Below, piece after piece: positions 25,658 through 37,489 of a DNA stretch of 64,000 nucleotides. The stretch covers positions 31,930,001 through 31,994,000 of the forward strand of contig OZ336882.1 in the NCBI GenBank assembly GCA_965287045.1, written 5' to 3'. The notes beneath the pieces are model-generated. The model made no database searches, was not told the origin of the DNA, and saw nothing but the letters and a program-made list of their open reading frames with translations. The DNA comes from Carcharhinus amblyrhynchos (lineage: Eukaryota). The first letter of the stretch is position 1; each line of letters starts with the position of its first letter. The translations under genes and the position numbers were made by a program.

Positions 25658-25886
25658 TTAGCTTCTCAGCCTTTTGGCTAAGATCAAACATCAGATCAAG
25701 ACCAAGATGGGTGCACCGTGTTATCTTGTCAGCTTGGATGTTGTTTTTCTTTCTTGTGAGGAACGTGAATTGGACTCAAATGGAATTTGAATTTGGTTTC
25801 TGGAGCAAGCAAGAAATGGATTAAAGTTCACCGGGGTCCACTCTAAGCAGTAGCTTTGTAACTTCAAAAACAGAATTTTAAAAAAA
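25658..25886 (+). mobile_element. U2 snRNA 5'-headed SINE-like element / chimeric retrocopy
   Basis: 25661-25687 gcttctcagccttttggctaagatcaa matches U2 nt 4-30 at 26/27, followed by ~190 bp of non-U2 body and an A-rich end. Confidence 0.7.
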
Positions 25887-26939
25887 TTTGAATTCATCAG
25901 TTCACTGGAAATGGCAGTTTGGAAAATATTATAATTTTGCTAATTCAAAGTTGGTTTTTAATTTGAAAAAAAGTATATCCAGTAGTACAACTTTAAATCA
26001 GAAGGCATTTATGAATGATATTGATTCAAATTAACAATTCATGTTAAGGAATTTAAGAATAATAGATTGTAGCTAAGGTCAGATATTGTTTACTTCAAAA
26101 ACAAGATTCTGAAAGTTTATGAAGGTGTCAAAAGCTTTCACAGGTGATCAAAAGGCTCAAGAAGATCTTTGGAAAATGTGAATTTGCAGGAGTTAAAAGT
26201 TACAAAGTTTAAGAAAGGTTAGATTATTTTATGTTAAATGCAAGTGGAGAAAGTGAAAGTGAAGTACGCTGTAACAATGCAATGGCTTTTCTGAGGACAA
26301 GGCCAAAGTACAGTTTAAATACAATTGCATGCAAGCTTAGTTTGTTTGGCAAAGACATGAGGCAATGCTTTGTTTCTGACACAACAGGTGAACCAAATTA
26401 ATTAAGAGAGCAAGTATGATACTCAAAAGGAACATTTGACAATCTTCATGCTGTCAGCTATCAGCCACAATACACCAAATATTGACATCTTGCCAAGGCT
26501 TTACTGGAAACTCAAACATAATTGTTACACTTATCAAATGAAACCCAACCTAATGTGGATAAATTGTGATAACTGTGATTGTGTTAGGAGTTTTTATTGT
26601 AAGCACTGATAATTTTACCACATCTGCAAAAAAAATTAGCTTTTGTTAGATGACATCACACGAACTTCATCTTGACAAGAGATAAGCTGCACTTCACGCA
26701 GTGTTGTGATGTTATTTTCTTGCTGATTTATCAATGCTTTCAGTTGGATTTTGTAGGATAATTCGAAATTAACTACAGAATCATATAAAATGCTGAATAT
26801 GCAAATTAAATTCCAACATTGATGAAAGGATGCCAAATGTCTCCCACTAACAAAGGCTACATAATATATAGAAACATTTTCTGACACAAGGAGTATTGTA
26901 CAGAATTAAGTCTGTACGCTGGTAAAAAATGTTTTTAAA

Positions 26940-28235
26940 AAAAAAATGAGCCTAGTAATTACAGGCCAGTCAATTTAATCTGGGTGTTGGGAACACTTTT
27001 GAAAACAATCATCCGAGACAAAACTAACAGTCACTTGATCAAATTAAGGAAAATAAACACATTTGTTGAATGCAAATTCTGTTTAACTAATTTTTTAAAC
27101 AAAGTTTTTTTGATAAAGTAACAGAGAGGGTAATGTGGTTGATGCGATATACATAGGCTTCCAAAAGGTGTTTGGTAAAATGCCACATAACAGACTTGCC
27201 AGCAAAGTTGTTGCCCACAGCATAAAAAGGACAATAGCAGCATAAAAAAGAAGTTGACTGAGTTATAAAAAAATAGTGTAACAGTGATGGGTCAGTACAA
27301 GGTTCATTTTTTTCTTAATCTATATTAATGATCTAGACTTGGGTCTGCAGGACACAATTTCAAATTCTTCAGGTGAAATACCTGAAAGTATTATGAACTA
27401 TGAGAAGGATAATGAAAGACTTCAAGAGGATATAGACTGGCAGGTGTAATGGGTGGACACATGAAAGATGGCATTTGATGCAGAGAAATGTGATGTGATA
27501 TATTTGATAGTAAGAATAAGGAAAGGCAATAAACAATAAAGGGTACAATTTTAAAGAGTGTGGCAGAGCAGAGGGGCCTGGAGGTAAATGTGCACAAATT
27601 GATGGAGGTGGCAAGGCAGGTTGCAAAAGTGGTTAAAGCACATAGGATCCTGGGCTTCATAAACAGTGGCATAGAGTGCAGAAGCAAGAAAGTTATGATG
27701 ATCTTTAAAAAACAATGATTTAGCATCAACTGAAATGTTGTACAATTCTGGATACTACACTTTAAGAAGGATATAAAGGCAATAGATAAGGCACAAAAAA
27801 GATTTATGATAATAGTTCTGGGGACTTCAGTAATGTGAACAGATTGACAAAGTAGTGACTGTTCTCTCAAGAGAACTTAAGATTGATAGAAGATTTCATA
27901 GAAATGCTCAAAAGTCATTAGTGTTGCAGCAAACTAGTTCCATTGGCAGAAGGATCGAGAACCAGAGGACATTGATTCAGTGACTGGCAATAGAACCAGA
28001 GGTGACTTAAATGTTTTTTTTCACTTAACAAGAGGTAAAGGTTTGGAATGCACTGCCAGAGTGTGTGCTGAAGGCAGATTCAATCACAGCTTTCAAAAGG
28101 GAATTGGATAATTATCTGAACAGGTTTACAGGGGAGTGGGGCCAGCTGGAATACTCCTGCAAAGAACCAGCAGGAACACAATGGGTCAAATGAATCATAA
28201 CATGACCTCCTTCTGTGCTGTAACCATTCTATAAT
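26940..28235 (+). mobile_element. Old CR1 fragment (RT to 3' UTR)
   Basis: taattacaggccagt (NYRPV), ttccaaaaggtgtttg, tttggaatgcactgcc and 3' ccttctgtgctgtaaccattcta. Confidence 0.8.
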
Positions 28236-28659
28236 TTTATATCAACTAGCAATTGAAGAAGCTGCTTGTTCCAAAATAGTTATGTAAGCTAGCTGTGATC
28301 TTATAATTCTTAAATTGTTCAAGAATAATGTTCATCAAAGCCCACCGTCAAGAAGTGATTGAAATGAGCTGTTATTACTCTGATTAAATCTGAAGTATCT
28401 GAGGAAAACAAGGAGAGCAATATTTTACAACATTTGTAAACTTGTGAATGGAGCGAATTTTAACACAGACCACTATCAAGAGACACCTTCCGTTAGCCAG
28501 CATCCTGGTTTACTATAAGCCTGGTTACTATTACAAGATTCTATAACAGCAATTTCCAGAGGCTCTTCAAATTGTTTTTCAGCAAAGACATTCTTCAGAA
28601 TGACCACGTTTCATGCCACAGATTATATAAATAATCAACTGTTTACAAAAAAAACTTAC

Positions 28660-28813
28660 TTTTCATTGCCTGAATCAGTGCTTTTCCATCTTTAATCAGA
28701 TCCTTAATGAACTTGTTTGTTTTTTCCAGCTCTGCTTCATGAGACTTGATTCTGTCCCGGAACTGTGGACTATCCAGGTAGCAATCACTGAACTCCAGTG
28801 CCGGTAGGCCCAT
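28660..28813 (-). CDS. ARHGAP26: Rho GTPase-activating protein 26 (GRAF1), first coding exon, start of BAR domain
   Basis: Not in ORF track; read by hand. ACCATGG Kozak context, in-frame upstream TAG at 28858-28856, 154 nt ending A|gtaagt (phase 1). [51 protein letters not shown]; MGLPALEF and KSHEAEL fit ARHGAP26 better than ARHGAP10, ARHGAP42 or OPHN1. Confidence 0.9.
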
Positions 28814-28867
28814 GGTTAACAACAGAAGTGCTAATAGCCAGAAGTGAAAAAGGTACTAGAATCAAAG

Positions 28868-29322
28868 CACGCACACACACACAGTTCGTCCTGGCCACCT
28901 TTCAACATGAACTGTTGCACTGACAAATGACTATCGCAAATCGATTAAGCGGTGTCCCACTGAGTCCTGACCCTGTGTCTATCCCCAGGACAGCAGTTCT
29001 CGCTCTGTCCTGGATGCGCGAGTTCCCTTGCACTGTTTATCCCTTGTCTCTCTCTGTCCTTCCTTGGGGCTGAGTCGGTGCCACTCTCTGACTATCGCTC
29101 CCTTATGTTTTCTCTCCTTGTGTGTGTGTGTCCCTGCCAGTGCAGAAATCTGCGGCTCTCACTATCTCAGGTGAGTCTCTGCCTCTAACCACACTTTGAT
29201 GCCTGTGGCTCTTTCTCCCTGCCCCTGGTGTCTGTACAAGACACCACTCTGGAGTGTGTGTGTGCGTGTGTAAATGTTTCTCCCTCCCGGTTGTGTTTGT
29301 TTGCTTCTCTCTCTCTCTCTTC
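28868..29322. repeat. Short (CA)n, (TG)n and (CT)n microsatellites in the ARHGAP26 leader
   Basis: Runs near 28872-28883, 29119-29130, 29254-29271 and 29306-29320. Confidence 0.8.
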
Positions 29323-29329
29323 CCCTCAG

Positions 29330-29960
29330 CTCTTGGACTGCTGCTAAACTTCTGGTTTCTTCCCTCGGAGCCGCCCCGCTGAATCCAGGCTGCGGTGCTG
29401 GGGAGGGTGGGGAGTTTAGACTCGGCCGCCGCTTCCGATCGCTTCACATTATAATGGTGATGGTCATCGCTGCCCCCTGAGAAACTTCATGAAGGGTTAC
29501 GCTCGCGCTTCCGTCAGCCCGACCAACCAAGCCTGATTATTACTATGGTTACCATTGACGGACGGGGGGCGACCGATCGGGGAACGGACCAATCAGACAT
29601 CGCGGCTCCGTGCCGTAAGTTAGGTTGCACCGTATTCCTGTCAGTTGGCCCGCTATTTGTTGGGGGCGGGGTGGGGGGGGTGGTGCGGAGCTCGTGCAGA
29701 TTTAAAGGCAGTTGGCTCGCGTCCAACTCTTACACGGCCGCGCGGCGGACATTTTCCCACACGGGTTGCGAAAGGTGTTGACCGTGCAACCCGCGGGTCT
29801 TGACAGGTCAGGTTTGTGGTGCGTACAGTTCAAACACATTTGACCTTCAAGTGAGATATTTCAAGCCCGTATTTCTGCACTGTCGGGAGAGGCGCACCAC
29901 TTTTGAATCTCTGCAGCGCAGAAGGAGGCCGTTCGGCCCATCGGGCCTGCAGCGATAACA
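29330..29960 (-). promoter_or_regulatory. CpG-island promoter / 5' leader of ARHGAP26
   Basis: The only long non-repeat CpG-rich stretch in the window. CCAAT box (gaccaatcag near 29587), GC box (gggggcgggg near 29662), cttccg/cgtca motifs near 29510; lies 0.5-1.1 kb upstream of the ATG. Confidence 0.75.
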
Positions 29961-30045
29961 GTTCCTAACCCAGGCCCTATCCCTATAATTCTACGTATTT
30001 ACCCTGCTAGCCACTGCCCCCCCCCCTCCCGAACTCCCGACTTAG

Positions 30046-30768
30046 TAAGATATAAGCAAAATGCTGCTGATATTGGAATCTGAAATAAAATTAGAAAATG
30101 CTGGAAAATCTCAGCGGGTCTGACAGCATCTATGGAGAGAGAACAAAGCCAACGTTTGGAGTCCGGCTGACCCTTTAACAGAGCTCAGAAACTCAAGGCC
30201 GAAATGGCTTTCATGCTTAGCATGTCTTTCATACGAGCAGCATGTTTCCATCCCACTGCTGTGAAGGGAGATTTGGCTGAGCATCAAATTTTCGGCCTTC
30301 GCTGTGGCGGGAGTGTGGTGTGAATGGCCAGTAAGAGCACACCCTCTTTCTCCTTCCACTGATGCTGCCATACCTTTCTAAGAGTAATATCATTCAGCCC
30401 TTCCAGCTTACTCCAATATTCAGTTAGCTCATTCAAAACAGAAAATGCTGCATAAACTCAGCAAGTATGGCAGCATCAGTGGAGAGAGAAACAGAGGGTG
30501 CAATCTTACCAGCCATTCACGCTACACTCCTGCCGCACTGGTCGGAGAATTTGACGCTCAGCCACATCTCCCTTCACGGCAGCGGGATGGAAACATGCTG
30601 CTAGCATGAAAGGTTGTAACATTTCGACCTCGAGTTTCTGAGCTCTGACAAAGGGTCATCCAGGCTCAAAATGTTGGCTCTGTTCTCACGCCACAGATGC
30701 TGTCAGACCTGCTGAGATTTTTCAGCATTTTCAGATTCCAGTTTCCACAGCATTTTGCTTTTATCTTA
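30046..30768. repeat. Large inverted repeat made of Penelope pLTR (second family) and MITE-like pieces
   Basis: Arms 30046-30373 and 30465-30768 align as reverse complements along their length; ~90-bp spacer. Confidence 0.88.
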
Positions 30769-30893
30769 ATGAGAAACAGAGTTAATGTTTTGAGTCCATA
30801 TGACCCTTCTAGAGCTGCTTTTATTCGGTTAGATAATCTGACTTCAATTCCACTGATCCGACACCACCGTAGTGGATCAGATCTTAAACAATT

Positions 30894-31722
30894 ATGAGTA
30901 CAGGAAAGAGATGGAGAATCTGGTGAAATGGTGTGACGACAATAATCTCTCCGTCGGTGTCAGTAAAACAAAGCTGGTAGTCATATAGTCAGAAAGCATA
31001 GTGTAGGACATGCCCCTGTCTACATCAATGGGGACAAAGTGGAAATGGTCGAGAGTTTCAAATTTCTAAGTATCCAGATCACTAGCAACCTGTCCTGGTC
31101 CCTACATGCTTACACTATAGTTAAGAAAGTCCACCAAAGCCTTTACTTTTTCAAGACGCTAAGGAAATTTAGCATGTCGCTATGACCCAATTTTTAGAAA
31201 TGCACCATAGAAAGCATCCTTTCCAGATGTTTCACAGCATTCTTTCTGGCTGTTTCACAGCTTGCTATGGCTTCTGTCCTGACCAAGACCGCAAGAAATT
31301 ACAAAGGGGTGTGAACATAACCCAGTCCATCACGCAAACCAGCCTCCCGTCCATTGGCTCTGTCTACACTTCCCTCTGCCTTGGAAAAGCAGCCAGCATA
31401 ATCAAGAGCTCCACATACCCCGAAGACACTCTCTTCCACCTTCTTCTGTTGGCAAAAAGATACAGAAGTCTGAGATCATGTACCAAGCAAATCAAGAGCA
31501 TCTTCTTCCCTGCTACCATCAGAACTTAGATTGGACTTACCATACAATAAGCTGATCTTTCACTACACCCTACCTATAACTAAACACTATATTCTGCACC
31601 CTGTCCTAGCCTTCTCCCCTGTGTATTCTATGTACAATATATTTTGTCTGTAAAGCATACAAGACACAATAGTTTTCACTGTATCTCAATGCATGTGACA
31701 ATAATAAATCAAATCAAATCAA
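30894..31722 (+). mobile_element. Rex1/Babar-type LINE 3' fragment
   Basis: Homologous to 443-1136; ends acaataataaatcaaatcaaatcaaa. Confidence 0.85.
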
Positions 31723-31839
31723 ACAAACTCCTTTGCTCCATATCCCTTGGCGTCCCCACCAAACAAAAATCAATGTTCTTTTAAGTTTTGAAGTGTTTAC
31801 TTGTCCCAGTGAGCACTGCCTATTGGAGGAGAAAATTCC

Positions 31840-32883
31840 AGGGCCACGATTCTCCTATCCCACTACAGTAATCCCGTGGCGGCTGATTCGCGGGGATTGT
31901 GTGAGTGTTTGCGCTCCGCTTGTGTCTTCAAGCGCTGGATTTCCAGTGGCATTTGCCCCCTGCCGGAAATTGGCAGGGAGATCTAGAAATGATTTAAATA
32001 ATAATTTCCTTACAATTTAAATGAGATTAGTGGGCCCAGGACCGAATTCTCTGGGCCTGCTAGCCTCTCCCACCCCACCAGAGTGTTTCACTCCAACGGG
32101 GATTACACTGGCTCCACTTTCAGGGAACTGCAGTCTGATCCCACTGGAGTGAAGAGGGGGGAATCGGGATGCCCAGGGGTCGGGTGCAGGAGCTGGTGCC
32201 CCTTGGGTAAAGGGCACCCTGGCAGTGCCAACCTGTGCCCCTGGCACTGCCCAAGGTCAAAGTACCAATGCCCAGGGGCCTCTTTGGTACTGCCCATCAG
32301 GCATGGGACAGTCCCAAGGGGGAGGGGCCTATGGGGCAATCAGTGGGGTGGGGTGGTGTGGCAAGTCCAGCTGCCACTCTGCCTAGGGATTGTTCGGTAA
32401 AGGAGGGAGGTCGGCAATCAGGGTGGGCTTTGGGGGGGGTGGGTGGTGGTGGCTGGTTAGCATGCTAGGGGTTCAGAACTGCAGTTAACCATCAGGGGGA
32501 GAATTGGTGGAGTGGGTAATTGGAGAGATTGGGGTGAGCCAGGGGGTGGGGGGAGAGGGGAGGGTCGGGATTGGGCCCAGGGTGGTCAGGAGGCCAGCGA
32601 TTGAGCTGGCCAGCCAGGAGGGAGGCTGTCATTGAGGGGCCTTGGTGCTTGTGCCAATATCGGCACTGACAGATCAGCACATGCCTGATACCGTGCTCAG
32701 CGCGCTAATTTAAGCCTCTTCGGCAGGAATAGTTTTTAATGATATTCACGCTGGGGCCTCTGCAATGCCAAGAAAGTGGAAGATTCTTGTCTGAACTCCC
32801 ACTGAAACGAAACAGTGTGAATTACGACTGTTTTCATGCAAATTTGACACAAATTTGACAAGTTTTTTGGGAGGATTCTGTCT
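31840..32883. mobile_element. GC-rich non-autonomous element with short inverted ends
   Basis: Starts gggccacgattctcc and ends gggaggattctgtc; internal ggcagtgcc/ggcactgcc motifs; homologous to 9780-10443. Confidence 0.7.
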
Positions 32884-33037
32884 GAAAATTTTACCTCCCT
32901 TCATGTGAAAAAGGTGTTTGCTAGATTTTACTGTCAAATGCTCTAGCTATACTTTTTTATTTTGTAATCCAACACCAGATAGAAGGCTGATCTAACTGTG
33001 TCTAGTCTGTCAAATTTTGTCATCACGTGAGAGACCT

Positions 33038-33175
33038 GGGACACGATCTTACCTGCCATTAACACCACAGTCCCACTGCAGCGAGGTCAAAGAATTTGGC
33101 AGCCAGCCAAATCTCCATTCACTATGGCAAGATGGGAAAATCCCGCTGGTGTGAAAGGTGGTAAGGTTCTGGCCC
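33038..33175. mobile_element. Short MITE-like element
   Basis: gggacacgatcttac..gtaaggttctggccc; homologous to 30496-30629. Related short elements at 33606-33733, 55995-56118 and 57555-57659. Confidence 0.65.
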
Positions 33176-33369
33176 TGGAGCTGATCATCCTTAAATCCTG
33201 TATAAATTCTTGGTACCATCATTATTTAATCCTTTTAGCCCCAGTATTAGCCCTGAACCCATCCCAAGACCAATATATCTTCGCTGAAGGGTGTTCCGGA
33301 AATTAACTGCAGTACACAAGATGGAGTTTATTTAACCAGTTCTCTTTACAGTGGAATCATCACTTCCTC

Positions 33370-33870
33370 ACTTTTAATTCCACCCCTGCCCCTTGAAATA
33401 AAGCCCAACATTTTATTTGGCTTCTTACTTTCTGTACAGCCCATTAGCTTTTAGTGATTTATATTTATGGATAGCTAAATCTTTTTGTTCTTCCACAGTT
33501 TATAGGCTTTCATGGTTGAAAATTTTGATTTCCCTTTCTCAAATCCAAGATAAATGATCTCATTGAACTTTGTTTATTGTAGTTTTTCTCACTGGCTCAG
33601 TCAATGGCTGGGATTTTGTGGCTCATTTGTTCTGAAGCCATAAAATCCCACCCAAGGTCAAATGGACCTTTCCATGTCCGCCTCTTGCCCGTTCAAATTC
33701 CCGTGGCAGGTGAAGCAGTAAAATTCCGGCCCATGTTTCTTTGTAACTTTCTGCTCACATCCAGACAACTTATTCTGCCTCCTAATTTGGTGGAATCTGG
33801 AAACCTTGGTAAACATCTCTTTATTTTTCTATCCAAGTCATTAATATGTATAGAAAGCTGAGATCCTAAA
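33370..33870 (-). mobile_element. Degraded CR1 fragment interrupted by a MITE-like element
   Basis: aagcccaacattttatttggcttc (ANKMLGF on minus), ggaaaccttggt..tccaagtcattaatat. Confidence 0.55.
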
Positions 33871-34244
33871 ATTAACTTCTAGAAATCTGGAGATTCTTTC
33901 TAGTGCCAAACTACTCCACAACAGAGGACAGACACGATGATTTTGAAAAGATGAATATATCAGTCTCATGATAAAGGTGTGAAGTAGTGCCTAATGTGCC
34001 AGTAATTGTGAAATTCCTTTGAGCCAACTGAAAGAAGACAATTACCCATAGAGGCAAAATCTTTGGCACAATTTCATAAGCTGAAATGGCAAGGGAGCTG
34101 CATACTGACGCCATGCCCGAAAATCATGGTTATATCTCTGTCACAAATCCTTATTTCCTCTTATAAGGGAACGCTGAACAAGAGAGAGCATTCTTAAAAT
34201 TAGGCCATTCAGGTGGGCTGCTGAACATTTGATCACTTCCACAT

Positions 34245-35130
34245 TTAGAAACATCAAAAATAGAAGCAGGAGTAGGCCATTCAGTCCTTTTCACCTGTTC
34301 TGCCATTCATTTTGATAATGGCTGATTATCAAATTTAATATCCTTATCCTGCCTTCCCCCTATATCCCTTGATCCCTTCAGCCCCCAAGAGCCAAATTTA
34401 ATTTCTTCTTGAAATCACACAACATTTTGACCTTAACTACTTGCTGTGGTAGTGAATTCCACAGATTCACCACTCTCTGGGTGAAGAAATTTCTCCTTAC
34501 CTCAGTCCTAAAAGGCTTACCCCTTATCGTCAAACTGTGCCCTGTATTTATGGACTCCCCACCATCAGAAACATTCTTTCTGAATCTACCCTGTCTAATC
34601 TTGTTAGAATTTTGTAAGTTTCTTGTGAGATTCCCCTCTCACTCTTCTCAACTCCAATCAATATAATCCTAACCAATTTAGTCTCTCCTCATATGATAGA
34701 CCTGCCATCCCAAGAACCAGCCTGGTAAATCTTTGCTGTTCTCAATAGCAAGGACATTCTTCTCAGATAAGGACACCAAAACTGTATATAGTACTCCAAG
34801 TGTAGTCTCACCAATGCCCTCTATAATTGCAGTAAAACATCCCTATTCCTATACTCAAATCTCTTGCTATGAAGGCCAACATGCCATTGGACTTCTCTAC
34901 TGCCTGCTGTAACTGTGTAATTACTTTCAGTGACTGATGCACAAGGACACAAAGATCTTGCTGACTGTCCACCTCTCTCAATTTACACTCATTTAAATAA
35001 TTATCTGCCTTCCTATTTTTGCTACTGAACTGGGTAGTGTCACACTTAATCCATTTAATCCACATTATACTGCATCTACCATGCATCTGCCCACTCACCC
35101 ACTCATCCAACTGCATATGTCCACTCACTT
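34245..35130 (-). mobile_element. Old CR1 3' fragment
   Basis: ORF 34808-35143 resembles the RT C-terminus (GMLAFIAR); CR1 3' UTR agcaggagtaggccattc at 34266. Confidence 0.8.
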
Positions 35131-35619
35131 TGTTTTCTTTCACTTAATTCTTGTCACTACGCCTCGCCTCCCCCCCCCACCCCTCCCCCCACTCCTCCCT
35201 CCCATTTCCTTTCATCTACTATTGAGATTCATAGGCAAGCTTGTTACTTCTTGACTCAATTTCTATGATGTCACTTTTCTGCTCATACCAACTTCCTTTG
35301 ATTCCTTTTCACCCAATACATCAAATTCAATGCTCTCATCCTTGATCATAACCCCTCCATTGCTTATTTTATCTCCCTCTACAAACTAAGCCATAATTTC
35401 TCCAGTTCCACCTTTCTGTGTAACCCATTCACCCCTCACTCCATTGTCAGTTCAATGGCCCACAGTTACCTTGGACTTAGTATCTGGAATCCCAACACAA
35501 ATCTCTGTCAGTGAAAGTCTCCTAAAGTCTATCATTTTGACAATGCTTTCAACCACCTATTTTAGATATTGTTGATTTTTCTTTTCTGACATCGTACAGC
35601 AAAGTTTAGTTTGGATGTT

Positions 35620-36340
35620 ATGGCCTCGCACGAGGGATCGGAGGTTATTGAAGCCATAGGTGGTCAGGGGCAAGACCAGGCAGTGCCCACTTGGCACTGC
35701 CATGGGCACCATTACTGCCAGGGCAGTGCCAAGGGGGTGAGGCTATAAAGATGGGGAGGCAAGTGGGGAGCTGTGTGGGATGTAGAGCTCAGTAGACAGG
35801 GGGCTGATCAGCATGGGGAGTGAGCAATGGGTGTGTTCAGCAGGGAAGAGAGACCTTCAAAGTGGATGTTCGCCAAAGGGGATGACCAGCGCAAGGGGGT
35901 GATCAGTGTACAGGGGAGACTGGCAAATGGTGGAATGTGCAGGGTGTGCTAGAGAGTGGGTTGTGTCTGGAGTTCACGGGGCGGGGGGGGGGGGGGGGGG
36001 GTCCCAACGCCAGTGACCGGTGTTGCCATGGGGAAGGTATATTGCGCCCCCCCCCCCCCCCAATTTGTGGCAAAATCCATGGGATGGATGATGTGCAGGG
36101 GGTGGCAGGAAGTCCTTAGTGTACTGGAAGATTGGGGAGCCTGCACAATGGTACCCTGAGCAGTCTGTAGCTGGCTTCATTGGTCAGCTTAGGCTTGGCT
36201 CTTGGGGGCCCCCAAACAACTAGTGAGACTCACACTTGTGTCATAAGACTGCATTTTCAAACTCGCCCAAAAAAAGGTCTGAAACTTACCTGTTTTCTCG
36301 CTTGTTTGGTGCTTTGGATTTTCTTTGCAAGACTGCACCC
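35620..36340. mobile_element. GC-rich non-autonomous element
   Basis: ggcagtgcc/ggcactgcc motifs, G and C homopolymers, end gcaagactgcaccc. Confidence 0.55.
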
Positions 36341-36740
36341 GAGGTGTTTATTCCCTTGATTATAGAAGAGTAATACCTGATTGAACTGAGGTGTTTAAGA
36401 TGATTTAAGGTGATTAAATAATTTGACAAGACAAATAAATATAAACTATATCATCCGGCTGGGAGAGTTCAGAACAAGTGTGTAATTTTTTAAAATAAGC
36501 GTCGGACCATTTAGGAGTGATGTCAGGAGTGTTTCTGAAAATTTGGAAACCCCACCACAAACAGAGTAGGCAAATTGAAAATTTTAAAAATAAATTGTAG
36601 ATTTTTGTTAAACAATGGTATTAAAAGTTACAGAACCAAGCCAGTTGATGAAGTTAAGGTACAGATCAACCATGATCTGACTGAACAGCAGCAGAAGAAG
36701 TTTAAGGGACTGAATAGCCTATTCCTGTTCCATTGTTCTC
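36340..36740 (+). mobile_element. Old CR1 3' end
   Basis: cagatcaaccatgatctgactgaa..gggactgaatagcctattcctgttcc is a CR1 3' UTR. Confidence 0.65.
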
Positions 36741-37489
36741 AAGTAATTAACTTCACACCCGACCATTACAGACTGTATATATGAATGTCAGATGTTGTTA
36801 TCTCTCCCACTAAAACAAACTCAGAAACCAAAAATTCCAATAAGATGTTTGATTACATATTCAGCACAGCTTTCTTGAGCTGACTAGCCTTGATGGAAAG
36901 TCACCATGAAGTCTAAATCTCACTGATAGGTTCTCAATTAAAAGCATACTTTTAGATAGTAGTAACACTGGAATAAATTCAAAGAGTCAAAAACTGATAA
37001 AGTACCCCCTGTTTTTACTAATGGGCAAAAAAAAAACCTTTGGTTACATATGGAGATACAGTATATAAATACAGTGCTACAATTAGTTATGCTCAAGTAG
37101 AAAATGAACTAAAAACTGAATCTACTTTAATTTTCTTACCAAATTTACAATTTTTCGAAGGATTGTAGCATTCTTTTTCTTTCAACATATTGCAGATACG
37201 TTACAAGGATTTCAGATTTGTTTGAAGTATCAAATTCCAGACAAATACCCAGATTTATCCATCTAATGTGTGTCATTAGCCCAGAATGCATAATATATTC
37301 AGTACTGAATATGTACTCAGGTGGCAACACTTAACTTTGGAAAATATGATTCCCAAATCTTTCTACCACGCGGAATTCCCTTGCCTTATATCTGTATCCA
37401 TTGAAGACTATTTCATAGAGATAGATTATAGTGATTCGTCAACAACTCCATTATTTTTGTATTAAAGACCAAAGTGACCAATGACATGC

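Noticed and set aside
25661-25687. Functional U2 snRNA gene
   Set aside because: The match stops at nt 30; the branch-point recognition region, Sm site and 3' stems are absent.
1-28659. ARHGAP26 exon 2 (NLSSAKRKF..-like)
   Set aside because: Not found by eye; intron 1 probably extends beyond the window start. A tBLASTn search would confirm.
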